Shown piece after piece: positions 1 to 10,037 of a stretch of 64,000 nt of DNA (within the stretch, counting starts at the first letter, position 1; each line of letters starts with the position of its first letter). The translations under genes were made by a program, and so were the position numbers. The DNA comes from Gemmatimonadota bacterium. Its GTDB lineage: Bacteria > Gemmatimonadota > Gemmatimonadetes > Gemmatimonadales > Gemmatimonadaceae. The stretch spans positions 44,332-108,331 of the forward strand of contig CANHTA010000001.1 of NCBI GenBank assembly GCA_947463135.1. The letters run 5' to 3'. The notes beneath the pieces are model-generated. The model saw only the letters and a list, made by a program, of their open reading frames with translations, had not been told where the DNA came from and did no database searches.

Positions 1-84
1 GCCAAACTGGCCGGGCGCGCCGTGTCACAGCTGGTAGAGCAGCCCTTTGTGTTTCGTATCCGGAACGTCACCGTAGGGAGCTAG
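1..84 (+). CDS. 3' end of upstream gene, probably TonB C-terminal domain (partial)
   Basis: Frame 1 is open from the window edge (AKLAGRAVSQLVEQPFVFRIRNVTVGS*), with TAG at 82-84. Resembles the last beta-strand of TonB-C domains (..V.QLV.QPF.F). Confidence 0.45.
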   Translation, partial: AKLAGRAVSQLVEQPFVFRIRNVTVGS

Positions 85-189
85 CGCCCGGCCGCCGTCA
101 TCGAAGCTCGCCGCGGCGTGTACCGGATGAGATATTCGACAGGCGCTGTGCGACGCCCCGTTCGTTGTCTCTTCTTGCTGGAGCCCCAC

Positions 190-2010
190 GTGGACACCCC
201 CCTGGATTTTCTGGAACAGGCCGAGGCCGAACTCGCGGCCGTCGAGTACGATGAATCGGCGACTGGTGTAGACCGTCGTCAGTTCATGTTCTTCTCGCTG
301 GTGGCCGCGGCGGCGAGCACCTTCGGTGCGCAGGCGGCGGGTGCGCAGGGTGCTCTGTCGAGAGCGAGCGGCGTGGGCGGTCTGGCCAGCGGAGCGGCCC
401 AACCGCCGCAGGTGCCGCCGGTGCCGCTCGGCAACGGGGAAGCGCCCGCTATGCAGTTCATGCCGTATCCCGGCGGCACGGGCGCGCTCATGGAGAAGGT
501 GGTGCGCGAGCGCGGCCCGGCGGCGTTCACGCGCACGCCACACGTGGTGGAGAAGTGGAGTGGCGCGGTCCCCACTGACGCCGACGATCTGGCATTTCTA
601 CCGGCGCATCGGATTTCGGCACTGATCAAAGCGCGAAAGCTCACCTCGCGGCGCATCACCGACATTTATCTGGCGCGCATCGAGAAGCTCAACCCCACGC
701 TCAATTTCGTCGTCACCTCGATGGCGTCGCAGGCGCGTGCGGAAGCCGATGCGGCCGATGCCGAAATTGCGGCGGGTAGGTATCGCGGCCCCCTGCATGG
801 GGTGCCGTACGGCATCAAGGATCTCTTCGCCGTGAAGGGCGTCCCCACCACGTGGGGCTCGGCGGACTTCAAGGACCAGATCCCTGATTACGACTCGGAA
901 ATCGTCGTGCGGTTGCGTGAAGCCGGTGCGGTGTTGCTGGCCAAGTTGTCCACGGGCTTGTTCGCGCAGAATGATTGGTGGTTTGGTGGTCGCACCAACA
1001 ATCCGTGGAACACCAACATCGGCTCAAGCGGCAGCTCCACCGGCCCCGGTTCGGCCACGGCTGCCGGCTGCGTGGCGTTCTCAATCGGCACCGAAACGCA
1101 GGGCTCTATCGTATCGCCTGCCATTCGCAACGGCATCAGCGCCCTGCGGCCCACCTTCGGCCGCGTGAGCCGTCACGGCGGCATGGTGCTGGCGTGGTCG
1201 ATGGATCGCGTGGGGCCCATGTGCCGCACCGCCGAAGACTGTGCGATGGTGTTCAGCGTCCTGCACGGCGTGGATGAGAAGGACGCGAGCACGGTCACGA
1301 TGCCCTTTCAGTTCGATCGCCATCTCAAGCTCGCGTCGCTGCGCATTGGCGTTGATCCGGCGGCTCCGAAGGAGCTGGTCGATACGCTGCGCACGCTCGG
1401 CATGAATCCGAAGGCCATCGGCGCACGTCCGACGGTGGCGGGTGGGCAGGGTGCGCTGGGTGTGGAATCGGCGGCCGCGTTCGATTTCTTCGTGCAGCGC
1501 AAGGCGAAGGAAATCGGGTTGGATCTCAATGCCATATTGAACGCGCCGCGCACCGGGAATGGGCCGTTCGGCAACAACGTAGCCGCGTTACCGAAGGGCA
1601 TCGAAGCGGGGGCGACCAATCCCATGGCGGCGGCCGACTGGAATCCCCGCTTCGTGGGCGCTCGCGCCTCGCGCGGGTTCGAGTTCATGCAGGGCCAGCG
1701 TCGTCGTATGCTGCTGGTGGCCAAATGGGGAGAGTTCATGAAGGATCTCGACCTCTTCATTGCCGGACCCAATGCCGATGTCGGGGCCAACGCGCAGACG
1801 GGTCATCCGTGCGCGGTGTTGCCATACAAGTTCGACGTACCGCAGTTCGGTGGCGGTGGCGCGAACGCGGCGACGCCTGCACCGGTGTACAAGGCGCAGC
1901 CGATTTGCGGGGTGATCACCGGCAATCTGTACCACGACGATCTCATCCTGTCGGTGGCCCATCAGTTCCAGAAAGCCACGGACCATCACACCAAGCGTCC
2001 CGCACTCTGA
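190..2010 (+). CDS. amidase-signature family enzyme with Tat-like signal
   Basis: Motifs GVPYGIKDLF, GSSGSSTGPG and IGTETQGSIVSPA (Ser-cisSer-Lys triad). DRRQFMFF twin-arginine motif followed by a hydrophobic stretch. Probable GTG start at 190 after GGAG; the ORF track starts at 118. Confidence 0.9.
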   Translation: MDTPLDFLEQAEAELAAVEYDESATGVDRRQFMFFSLVAAAASTFGAQAAGAQGALSRASGVGGLASGAAQPPQVPPVPLGNGEAPAMQFMPYPGGTGALMEKVVRERGPAAFTRTPHVVEKWSGAVPTDADDLAFLPAHRISALIKARKLTSRRITDIYLARIEKLNPTLNFVVTSMASQARAEADAADAEIAAGRYRGPLHGVPYGIKDLFAVKGVPTTWGSADFKDQIPDYDSEIVVRLREAGAVLLAKLSTGLFAQNDWWFGGRTNNPWNTNIGSSGSSTGPGSATAAGCVAFSIGTETQGSIVSPAIRNGISALRPTFGRVSRHGGMVLAWSMDRVGPMCRTAEDCAMVFSVLHGVDEKDASTVTMPFQFDRHLKLASLRIGVDPAAPKELVDTLRTLGMNPKAIGARPTVAGGQGALGVESAAAFDFFVQRKAKEIGLDLNAILNAPRTGNGPFGNNVAALPKGIEAGATNPMAAADWNPRFVGARASRGFEFMQGQRRRMLLVAKWGEFMKDLDLFIAGPNADVGANAQTGHPCAVLPYKFDVPQFGGGGANAATPAPVYKAQPICGVITGNLYHDDLILSVAHQFQKATDHHTKRPAL

Positions 2011-2017
2011 TGATGCG

Positions 2018-2680
2018 ATGACAGGACTTCCGTATGCCCCCGCTGGCGTCTCGGATGTGCAGCGGGACTACGTCGTTCAAGTGCTCTCCGCCGCATTTGC
2101 GACCGATCGGATCTCCATGAAGCTGTTGGACGAACGATTGTCGGCCGTCTTTCGTGCACAGTCGCTTGGGGAATTGGAAGGGTTGCTATCGGACCCTGCG
2201 GAACCCAACCGGTCGTTGGTTGACGAGGCCTCGGTCTCGCGCGTGGTCGCTGATCCGGTCATACCGGCGCGTGGCGCGGCGTTGGCGTTGATGGGGGGAT
2301 TCGCACGCAACGGAAGCTGGATCGTCCCACGGCATCTCCGCGTGGTTGCGGTTATGGGGGGCGGTGAGCTCGACCTGCGTTTGGCGAAGCTCGGTGCCGG
2401 CGTGACGGAGATCGAGATCTTCACCGTGATGGGCGGGGTAGAGGTCCTCGTCCCTGCCGGTGTGCGCGTGGAAGTCACGGGGATGGCGGTGATGGGCGGC
2501 TTCTCGGTAAGCGGGGCCGAGGCCACGGAGAATCCCCATGCCCCGGTGCTGCGCATCAGCGGGCTCGCGGTGATGGCCGGTGTGGAGGTCCGACACAAAG
2601 GCCAGGGAAAGCACGGCGAGAAACGATACCTCCAGGCGCTCGAGCGGGCGCAGAAACTGCGGCTCCGCTCGGGCGGCTGA
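2018..2680 (+). CDS. DUF1707 (SHOCT-like) plus LiaF/DUF2154-like beta domain protein
   Basis: N-terminal SDVQRDYVVQVLSAAFATDRISMKLLDERL (DUF1707-like). C-terminal repeated xVMGGxxL/V strands and LDLRLAKL. Confidence 0.75.
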   Translation: MTGLPYAPAGVSDVQRDYVVQVLSAAFATDRISMKLLDERLSAVFRAQSLGELEGLLSDPAEPNRSLVDEASVSRVVADPVIPARGAALALMGGFARNGSWIVPRHLRVVAVMGGGELDLRLAKLGAGVTEIEIFTVMGGVEVLVPAGVRVEVTGMAVMGGFSVSGAEATENPHAPVLRISGLAVMAGVEVRHKGQGKHGEKRYLQALERAQKLRLRSGG

Positions 2681-2698
2681 AAGGGGCTGGTTGACGCG

Positions 2699-5600
2699 CT
2701 AGCCGATGGGCTTCTTCGGAGCCACAAACACGTTGGGCACGCCCAGACGCGTGAGCAACGCATTGAACTGCTGCAGCTCGTTGTCCTCGAGCTTCTGCAA
2801 CGTGTTCAGCTGCACGTTGAGCTTCGTGGAGAGATCCGTCAGGATTTCGCCGTGCTGCCGCGTGGGGGGATTGGTCCCTTCATTCACCTGCGCGTTCAGC
2901 GTCACGAACATCTGATACAGCTTGATCGGATAGTTGAGCGTGGCCTGATCGGCTTTGGTATACACCTCATACACCTCGGCACGCACCGCCTCCACCTTCT
3001 TGCGGAGCGCTGAGGCCATGGTTCTCACCGAATCGGCGTACGCCTGGCCACTGGCCTGCCGTGCGCGTTGGTCGAGCTGCTGCTGCAGGTCCTGCATACG
3101 CGCCACGGCATCCGTGATGCTGGTGATGCGCGCGCCCACCGCCGTGGCCGCGTCAAACTGCGCTTTGTACTCGGCTGCCGTGAGCTGCACGCGCGGGTCG
3201 GGGCGCACCGTGAAGCTGCGTGACAGCGTGTCTTTGCCCACGATGAGGCGCACCGTGTAGTCACCCGGTACCGCCATCGCGCCTTCGTACGAGCCGTCGT
3301 CGTTGATCGATCCCGGAATGCGCTTAGGGCCGTTGTACATGAGATCCCACACGAAGCGGTTCGCGCCGGCGCGCGCATGTACCACGGAATCGGCCGGGGC
3401 GTATGCCAGTTGCATCACGTTCTGCAACGCACGCGCCGCGTTGGCAGCCGAGTCGGCCTGCACGTTTCCGGTGCTGTCTTTCTTGCCGGGTGCGTCGCTG
3501 GAGAAGGTGCGGACCACGGCGCCGTTCGACTCGAGGAACTGCACGGTGATCGGTGCCGTCGGCGTGTTCTGGAGCCAATAGTCCACCGTGACGCCGAACG
3601 ACGGATTGGCACCCGCGCCGCGTCCGCCACCACCGCCACTGACCCAGCGGATCGCCGGTGCCGGTGCGAAGAGATGCGTGGTTTTGCTGGTGATGGAGTC
3701 GCTCAGCGTGCGGAGCGGGGAGATGTCATCGAGCGACCAGAACGAGCGGCCGTGCGTGGCAACAATGACATCGTTGTCATGCACCCGTACATCCCGGATG
3801 CTCACGCGCGGCAGGTTGAGCTGCAGCGGTTCCCAGCTCGCACCGTCGTTGAACGACGTGTAGATGCCGGTTTCCGTGCCGGCGAAGAGCAGCCCCTTTC
3901 GCTTCACATCACTACGGATCGCGCGCGTGTAGGCTCCCACCGGAATGCCGGCGTCAATCCGTATCCACGTCGTGCCGTAGTCGGTGGTCTTGAACAGATA
4001 CGGCGTGAAGTCGTCCTGCTGATAGCGGTTAGCCGCGAGATAGGCCGTTCCCGCCTCGAACGGCGAGGCATCGATGATGGACACGCGCGTAAACGCGCCG
4101 AACGCTTTCGGCGTCACATTCTTCCACGTGCTGCCGTTGTCGGTGGATACGTGCACGAGTCCGTCGTCGCTGCCGGTCCAGAGTACGCCGGCCTTCACCG
4201 GTGATTCGGCAAAGGCAAAAATTGTGGCATACCACTCGGTGCCGGTCATGTCGCCGCTCACCGGACCGCCGCTGCGCCCCATGGTGTTGATGTCGGCGCG
4301 TGTGAGATCGCCGGAGATCTTGTCCCACGACGCGCCCTGATTTTTCGAACGCCACACGTACTGCGAGGCGGTATACAGCGTGGTTGGATCGTGCGGTGAG
4401 AAATGAATCGGGAAGGTCCACTGGAACCGCTGCGGAACGTCCTTCACGGCAATGCCGTCGTAGTTGCCAAGCCACACCGACACGTCGCGACGGCTGTTGG
4501 TTTTCTTGTCATGGCGCGTGAGTTGCCCCATGTAGCAGCCGCCGAAGGTGACATTCGGATCCTTCGGGTCGATCGCGATGTACGCGTTTTCACACCCCGC
4601 CACGGGGAACCAGTCGCGCTCACTGATAAAGCCGTTGTCTGAGCGACTGGCGATAGAGACCGTGGAGTTGTCCTGCTGTGCCCCGTAAATGCGGTACGGC
4701 TGCTGATTGTCGGTGGTCACGTGGTAGAACTGCGACGTGGGCTGATTGCCCTGCGTGCTCCACGTGCGCCCCCCGTCCAGTGAAATCGTGGCACCGCCAT
4801 CATTGCCGTTGATGAGGCGATTGGGATCCTTCGGGTCCACCCACATGATGTGCGTGTCGCCATGCGGCACCCGTATCGGCGTGAAGGTGCGTCCGCCATC
4901 GATGGAGCGGTGCACGGTGAGATTCATGACATACACGGTATTTTCGTTCACCGGGTCTGCCGTGAGACTCATGTAGTAGAAGGGGCGCACCACGAACTTC
5001 TGATCACCGCTGGTGCGCGACCAGGTAGCGCCGGCGTCGTCGGAGCGGAATACACCGCCGAGCGAGTCCTGCGCCTCGATGTTGGCATAGACGCGCTGGG
5101 AGTTTGCCGGTGACACCGATACGCCGATCTTCCCGATCAGGCCTCGAGGCATCCCCGGGTTGAAGGTGAGTTCCGTCCAGCTGTCTCCGCCGTCGGTGCT
5201 CTTCCACAGGCCGCTGCGACCGGCACCCGCGTCCATGCCCCACGGCGTGCGCTGGAACTTCCACATCGACGCATACACGATGCGCGGATTGTTCACGTCG
5301 ATCGACAGATCGGCCGCACCGGTGCTGTCATTGAGAAACAGCACCTTCTTCCAGGTCGTGCCACCATCGGTGGTGCGAAACACCCCGCGGTCGGGGGAGG
5401 GGCCAAACGCGTGCCCCAGTGATGACACAAACGCGATGTCGGGGTTGGTGGGGTGCACCCGAAGTGCGGTGATCTGCTGCGTGTTCCCCAGCCCGCGCGC
5501 GGTCCACGTCTGACCGCCATCCGTTGAACGATAGACGCCCGTGCCGTACGTCAGGTCTTCACGCGGTTTGCCTTCGCCGGTGCCCACCCAGATCACATTC

Positions 5601-6010
5601 GGATCACTGGGCGCAACCGTGATGGCACCGACCGACGAGATGTCGGTTTTGCCATCGGTGATGTTCTCCCATGACTGGCCGGCGTTCGTGGTCTTCCACA
5701 CCCCACCGTTCACGGCGCCGAAATAAAAGACGAGCGGCCGCGAGGGATCGCCGGTGACGGCGGTGGAGCGACCACCACGCGACGGGCCCACATTGCGCCA
5801 TCGGAGCGATTTGAAGGCGCGATTGGTGGCCGATCCCTCTGTGTACAGCGCGGGGTCATAGGCCGGGCGCGGCGCGGGCGCACCCGAGGTGCGGGCGCCC
5901 GGTCCGCGGGCGGGTTGCGCGAAGGCGCGTGGGGCGGCGGCCGCGAGGGCGCCGAGCATAACGAGTCCAGCCGTGGCTCGGCTGCACCGGAGTAGGGAGG
6001 AGGAACGCAT
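2699..6010 (-). CDS. secreted VPS10/BNR-repeat glycosyl hydrolase-like protein
   Basis: WRNVGPSRGGRSTAV N-terminal motif and many S/T-x-D-G-G-x-T/S-W Asp-box repeats. Signal peptide from ATG 6010 (MRSSSLL...AFAQ). Confidence 0.85.
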   Translation of the reverse strand: MRSSSLLRCSRATAGLVMLGALAAAAPRAFAQPARGPGARTSGAPAPRPAYDPALYTEGSATNRAFKSLRWRNVGPSRGGRSTAVTGDPSRPLVFYFGAVNGGVWKTTNAGQSWENITDGKTDISSVGAITVAPSDPNVIWVGTGEGKPREDLTYGTGVYRSTDGGQTWTARGLGNTQQITALRVHPTNPDIAFVSSLGHAFGPSPDRGVFRTTDGGTTWKKVLFLNDSTGAADLSIDVNNPRIVYASMWKFQRTPWGMDAGAGRSGLWKSTDGGDSWTELTFNPGMPRGLIGKIGVSVSPANSQRVYANIEAQDSLGGVFRSDDAGATWSRTSGDQKFVVRPFYYMSLTADPVNENTVYVMNLTVHRSIDGGRTFTPIRVPHGDTHIMWVDPKDPNRLINGNDGGATISLDGGRTWSTQGNQPTSQFYHVTTDNQQPYRIYGAQQDNSTVSIASRSDNGFISERDWFPVAGCENAYIAIDPKDPNVTFGGCYMGQLTRHDKKTNSRRDVSVWLGNYDGIAVKDVPQRFQWTFPIHFSPHDPTTLYTASQYVWRSKNQGASWDKISGDLTRADINTMGRSGGPVSGDMTGTEWYATIFAFAESPVKAGVLWTGSDDGLVHVSTDNGSTWKNVTPKAFGAFTRVSIIDASPFEAGTAYLAANRYQQDDFTPYLFKTTDYGTTWIRIDAGIPVGAYTRAIRSDVKRKGLLFAGTETGIYTSFNDGASWEPLQLNLPRVSIRDVRVHDNDVIVATHGRSFWSLDDISPLRTLSDSITSKTTHLFAPAPAIRWVSGGGGGRGAGANPSFGVTVDYWLQNTPTAPITVQFLESNGAVVRTFSSDAPGKKDSTGNVQADSAANAARALQNVMQLAYAPADSVVHARAGANRFVWDLMYNGPKRIPGSINDDGSYEGAMAVPGDYTVRLIVGKDTLSRSFTVRPDPRVQLTAAEYKAQFDAATAVGARITSITDAVARMQDLQQQLDQRARQASGQAYADSVRTMASALRKKVEAVRAEVYEVYTKADQATLNYPIKLYQMFVTLNAQVNEGTNPPTRQHGEILTDLSTKLNVQLNTLQKLEDNELQQFNALLTRLGVPNVFVAPKKPIG

Positions 6011-6090
6011 GTGGGGACGTTGCCAGCCTTCGGCCTCGGGTGCAAGATCACCCCATGTTCGGCGTTTCCCTCCCGTCCTTGAGGCTGCCC

Positions 6091-8397
6091 ATGCCATCCG
6101 TGCCCCACCTCGTGTCCCCTCCCGCTCCGGTGCGCGTCGTCGCCGGCGGCGTGCTGATGCTTGTCTCCGCCTCGTCGCTCTGGGCTCAGGCAAAGCGCCC
6201 GATGGCCTGGGTTGACGGGCAGCGCCTTCGCTCGGTGTCGGGGGCGGCCCTCTCGCCTGATGGCGCGCAGCTGCTCTATGCGCTCACCACCCCCGACTGG
6301 AAGGAGGCCACTACGCAGAGTGACCTCTACATGGTGCGCACCGACCGTGGGCTCACGAGTACCCGGCAGCTCACCTTCACCAGAGACAAAAACGAATCGT
6401 CGCCGCGCTGGGCGCCCGCAGGTGGCTGGTTTGTGTTCTCCTCCAATCGTGAAGGGACGGCGGGTGATTCCAAAACGCAGCTGTTCCTCATGCGCCCGGA
6501 TGGTGGCGAAGCCCGTCGGATTACCAATGCGAAGGAGGGGGTAAGCACCTTTGCCTTTAGTAAAGACGGTCAATGGCTGGTGTATCGGAGTGGCAAGGCT
6601 AACGAAGAGCAGCTGTACGCCTTGGCCATGACGGCGCTCGATCGCGGCGCCCCGCTTGATTCCCTGACCCCCCTGCAACTCACCAAACATCCCACGGGCG
6701 TGGGGAGCTGGGAGCTCGCCCCGGATTCCCGTCGCCTGTACTTCATCACCGCAGACACCGTCGATGCCGACGAGAAAGCGCGCATGGAGAAGAAGTTCAC
6801 GGTCGCCGTGCGGAACGCCGAGACGTCGATCAACTCGCTGTGGATGGTCGATCTGTCGTCCGCGTTGCGTCCGACCACGCGGGTCACGCGCGACACGTCG
6901 CTGGCCGTCACGGCCTTCGTGATCGCGCCCGACAGCAAGTGGGTGGGCTTCAGCGCCGTGCCGAACGACCGCTACAAGCGCAACATCACCGAGCAGGGGA
7001 TCTACGCCGACCAGTTCCTCCTCGACACGCGCGACGGCAGCATCGAACGGCTCACAAAGAACGACGAGTCGGCGGAGTCGGGGTTGTCCTTCTCGCCCGA
7101 TTCGCGCACGATCGCCTTCTCGGCGTCCGACGACATGGTGGCGTACAACATGAAGAACCGGCGCGTGTATGTGCGCGCCACCGACGCGAAGGGCGCCGCC
7201 TTCCGGAAGATCGGGGATCTCGATGGGGACGTGAGTGCCGATTGGTGGTCGGCCGATGGCAAGACCATCTATTTCAACGAAGGCTTCAAGGCCACGCAGC
7301 AGCTGTTTGCACTCGATGTGGCGACGGGGAAGGTGAAGGCGGTCACCGAGGTGCAGGGCGTCATCTCGGTGACTCAGGACGAGACCACGAAGCGTCTGAT
7401 GGTGTCGTATCAGGATCCGACCACGCCGCCGTCGATGTACACCGTGGCGTCGCTGGCCGCGCTCGCGTCACGCGCGTCGTGGACGCAGCTCACGGACCCC
7501 AATCCGTGGGTGCGCGAGCAGATCGCGCTTGGCGAAGAGACCGAGGTCACGTGGACCTCGAAGGACGGCAAGAAGGTGGGCGGCGTGCTGCTCAAGCCGG
7601 TCGGCTATCAGCCGGGGAAAAAGTATCCGCTCATCGTGTCGATTCATGGCGGACCGGCGGCGGCCGACCTGCTCTCGTTCAACGGCGGCTACGGGGCGCA
7701 GGTGTACGCCGGACAGGGGTGGGCGGTGCTCATGCCGAATTACCGCGGCTCGACCAACTACGGCGAGGCCCACAAGAACGGCATCGTGGGCAACTATTTC
7801 GAGCCGGGTTACCAGGACATCATGACCGGCGTTGATGCGTTGATTGCTCAAGGTCTCGTCGATGAGACGAAGATGGGCGTCCTCGGCTGGAGCGCCGGTG
7901 GCCACTGGAGCAACTGGATTCTCACGCACACCGACCGCTTCAAGGGGATCTCAAGCGGCGCGGGTACGTCGAACTGGATCTCGATGTACGCGCAGTCCGA
8001 TGTGCAGCGGAACCGGCAGTACTATCTCGGCAACAAGCTCCCCTATGACGATTTTGACGCGTACTGGAAGCAGTCGCCAATTAAGTACATTCGCAACGCG
8101 AAGACGCCCACGATGATTCACGTGGTGGAGGGTGATCCGCGTGTGCCGAGCCCGCAGAGCGTTGAGCTGCATATGGGTCTCAAGCGCGTGGGGGTGCCCA
8201 CCGAGCTCTTCATGTACCCCGGGGCCTCGCACGGCATTCCCGACGCCCGCAACCGGTTGGTGAAGAGCACCGCCGAGATGGCGTGGATGAACTACTGGGT
8301 GCTGGGGAGCGGCACGAAGTTCTCGTGGCGCGAGGTGCTGGAGACGCTCGAGGACCCTAAGGCCGAGAAGAAGGTTGAGGTGAAGGGGCTGAACTAA
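6091..8397 (+). CDS. S9 prolyl oligopeptidase family (dipeptidyl/acylaminoacyl peptidase) with WD40-like propeller
   Basis: IHGGP, NYRGSTNYG, nucleophile GWSAGG, acid residue in GDPRVP, and catalytic His in SHG. Start uncertain (6040-6157). Confidence 0.92.
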   Translation: MPSVPHLVSPPAPVRVVAGGVLMLVSASSLWAQAKRPMAWVDGQRLRSVSGAALSPDGAQLLYALTTPDWKEATTQSDLYMVRTDRGLTSTRQLTFTRDKNESSPRWAPAGGWFVFSSNREGTAGDSKTQLFLMRPDGGEARRITNAKEGVSTFAFSKDGQWLVYRSGKANEEQLYALAMTALDRGAPLDSLTPLQLTKHPTGVGSWELAPDSRRLYFITADTVDADEKARMEKKFTVAVRNAETSINSLWMVDLSSALRPTTRVTRDTSLAVTAFVIAPDSKWVGFSAVPNDRYKRNITEQGIYADQFLLDTRDGSIERLTKNDESAESGLSFSPDSRTIAFSASDDMVAYNMKNRRVYVRATDAKGAAFRKIGDLDGDVSADWWSADGKTIYFNEGFKATQQLFALDVATGKVKAVTEVQGVISVTQDETTKRLMVSYQDPTTPPSMYTVASLAALASRASWTQLTDPNPWVREQIALGEETEVTWTSKDGKKVGGVLLKPVGYQPGKKYPLIVSIHGGPAAADLLSFNGGYGAQVYAGQGWAVLMPNYRGSTNYGEAHKNGIVGNYFEPGYQDIMTGVDALIAQGLVDETKMGVLGWSAGGHWSNWILTHTDRFKGISSGAGTSNWISMYAQSDVQRNRQYYLGNKLPYDDFDAYWKQSPIKYIRNAKTPTMIHVVEGDPRVPSPQSVELHMGLKRVGVPTELFMYPGASHGIPDARNRLVKSTAEMAWMNYWVLGSGTKFSWREVLETLEDPKAEKKVEVKGLN

Positions 8398-8406
8398 GCC
8401 CAAGCC

Positions 8407-9252
8407 TCAGGGACACCCCGTCGCCACGATCGGCGGCGGGCAGGGACTCCCGTCGGTGGCACACACCGCGGCCTGCATGACCAGCCGATCGGCGAATCGG
8501 GTAATCGGAACGCCGTCGTCGGGGCGACGCTCGAGGGTGGGCCACGCCGTCACGAGCGTGGCCATGAGACGCGCATGCTCCCGCGGCGCGTGCATGGGCG
8601 CGCTTTTCGCGGTGCGGCGTAGGGCGGCAAGGTCAAAGAGCAGCCACGCGTTTTCTTCGGTCACCTCGCCGATGGCGTGGGTGCTTCGCTCGTGCACGTC
8701 GCCTTCGTGCAGCCGCACCGCGATGGCGAGGGCGGCGTTCAAGCTGGCCATGGCCGCGGATTCCTGACCGGCGGCCACGTCCACCGCCGCCATGCCCTGC
8801 AGGAAGGTGATGCTGTCACGTGAAATGGTGCTGCCAACGGATGGCACGTCACGGTAGGCCGCCACGAGCACGCGGCGCGCGTCGGCCACGGCCTGTCGGG
8901 ACGCCAGCCACCGGACCAGCGCGTCGGCACTGGCTCGGTCCCCCGCGGGGGCGGCGGCCACCGCTTCGCGGAGAATCCGGGTGGCACTGTCGGCGCAGCC
9001 GCGCAGCGCCCACAGGTCGGCGCGCCCGCGCATGGTGGCCTGCTCGGTTGCCAAGTCACCGGCGGTACGCGCCGCGATACCGGCCTGTTCGAGCGTGCGG
9101 CGTGCGGAATCGACGAGGCCGCGAAGGGCGAGGGCGCGCCCCTCCCGCCACAGGCCAACCGCCGTAGCTGGCTGGGCCCCCAGCGTGGGCGCCACAGCAG
9201 CCAGCGAGAGCGCCGCCGCGGCGACAAGCGCGCGCAGCGGCCGCGTGGTCAT
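8407..9252 (-). CDS. hypothetical secreted helical (TPR-like) protein
   Basis: Signal peptide (MTTRPLRALVAAAALSLAAVAPTLGAQ) and Ala-rich helical repeats. Start overlaps the upstream stop (ATGA). Confidence 0.6.
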   Translation of the reverse strand: MTTRPLRALVAAAALSLAAVAPTLGAQPATAVGLWREGRALALRGLVDSARRTLEQAGIAARTAGDLATEQATMRGRADLWALRGCADSATRILREAVAAAPAGDRASADALVRWLASRQAVADARRVLVAAYRDVPSVGSTISRDSITFLQGMAAVDVAAGQESAAMASLNAALAIAVRLHEGDVHERSTHAIGEVTEENAWLLFDLAALRRTAKSAPMHAPREHARLMATLVTAWPTLERRPDDGVPITRFADRLVMQAAVCATDGSPCPPPIVATGCP

Positions 9253-9692
9253 CCGATCACCAGCCCCGCAACGGGGGCGGACGAGAGCAGGGCTTCTTGA
9301 GCGGCCATGAGGACGGAAGCGGGAAGAGGAGCACTACCGGCCCGTTTGGCGGCTTCGACGACCATCGAGAGCGCACGGGCCTGCGCCGCATAGGCTGCAA
9401 GAAGGGCACCACCGGCCCCTGGAGTGGCCACAATGTCGTGCGCGAGGCTGTCCAGATGGCGCACCAGCGCTCCGTCACGCGGCGCTCCGTCACGCGGCGC
9501 TCCTCCGGCGGCGTTCGCGGTGAGCGGGACTTCCCGGTCGTGACGGAAGTCCTGTTGGCGTGATTCCTGCTCCGGACTGAGGTGCCAATGCCCAGCACCG
9601 ACCGACGCCGACAGGGCTTCCTGCACTCGGTTGTTGCTCGACGCCAACGCCGCTAAGCGGCGCCGCGCGACCTGCGATGACTCAAATCCCAC
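9249..9692 (-). CDS. hypothetical protein
   Basis: GGAG lies 7 nt before GTG 9692, and the stop overlaps the next ATG. No family recognised. Confidence 0.5.
   Translation of the reverse strand: MGFESSQVARRRLAALASSNNRVQEALSASVGAGHWHLSPEQESRQQDFRHDREVPLTANAAGGAPRDGAPRDGALVRHLDSLAHDIVATPGAGGALLAAYAAQARALSMVVEAAKRAGSAPLPASVLMAAQEALLSSAPVAGLVIG
9467..9503. repeat. 15-bp tandem repeat (2.5 copies) encoding GAPRD-GAPRD-GA
   Basis: gcgctccgtcacgcg at 9467-9481 and 9482-9496, with a partial copy at 9497-9503. Confidence 0.9.
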
Positions 9693-9753
9693 GCGAATTC
9701 TCCGGAAATTGCCGACTGACAGGGGTTTACGTGGGGTTTTGCCGCGTAGGCCC

Positions 9754-9782
9754 TTGACAGGAACGGAATTGATACCTAAATG
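9754..9782 (+). promoter_or_regulatory. putative sigma70 promoter
   Basis: Perfect TTGACA at 9754-9759 and an imperfect -10 (CTAAAT/TAAATG) 16-17 nt downstream, in a divergent intergenic region. Confidence 0.45.
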
Positions 9783-10037
9783 CGACAGAGCGGGTGATGC
9801 GGGGCAGGCGGGGGTAACCGCATGTTGCATCGGTGTTTACTTGCTGCTGCTTCGTGGTGCGGCGCGGTTTCGTCGCCGGACCGGCGCTACTTACGTCGTG
9901 GGCGCCACGCGAAACGGTCTGGATCGATCACGCGGTCGTCGCCGGCGTATTGGTCGATCAGCGGTCGGAGGCCTGTACCGACACCACGTCGGGTGTCGCA
10001 CAGGGTACGGTTCGAGCGCTCCCCTGAAGGAGGCTGG

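Noticed and set aside
29-41. tRNA D-arm-like string AGCTGGTAGAGCA
   Set aside because: It lies inside an open coding frame, and no acceptor stem, anticodon arm or TTCGA T-loop follows.
9995-10027. GGTTCGAG T-loop-like motif suggesting a tRNA
   Set aside because: No 5-bp T-stem or cloverleaf can be folded around it.
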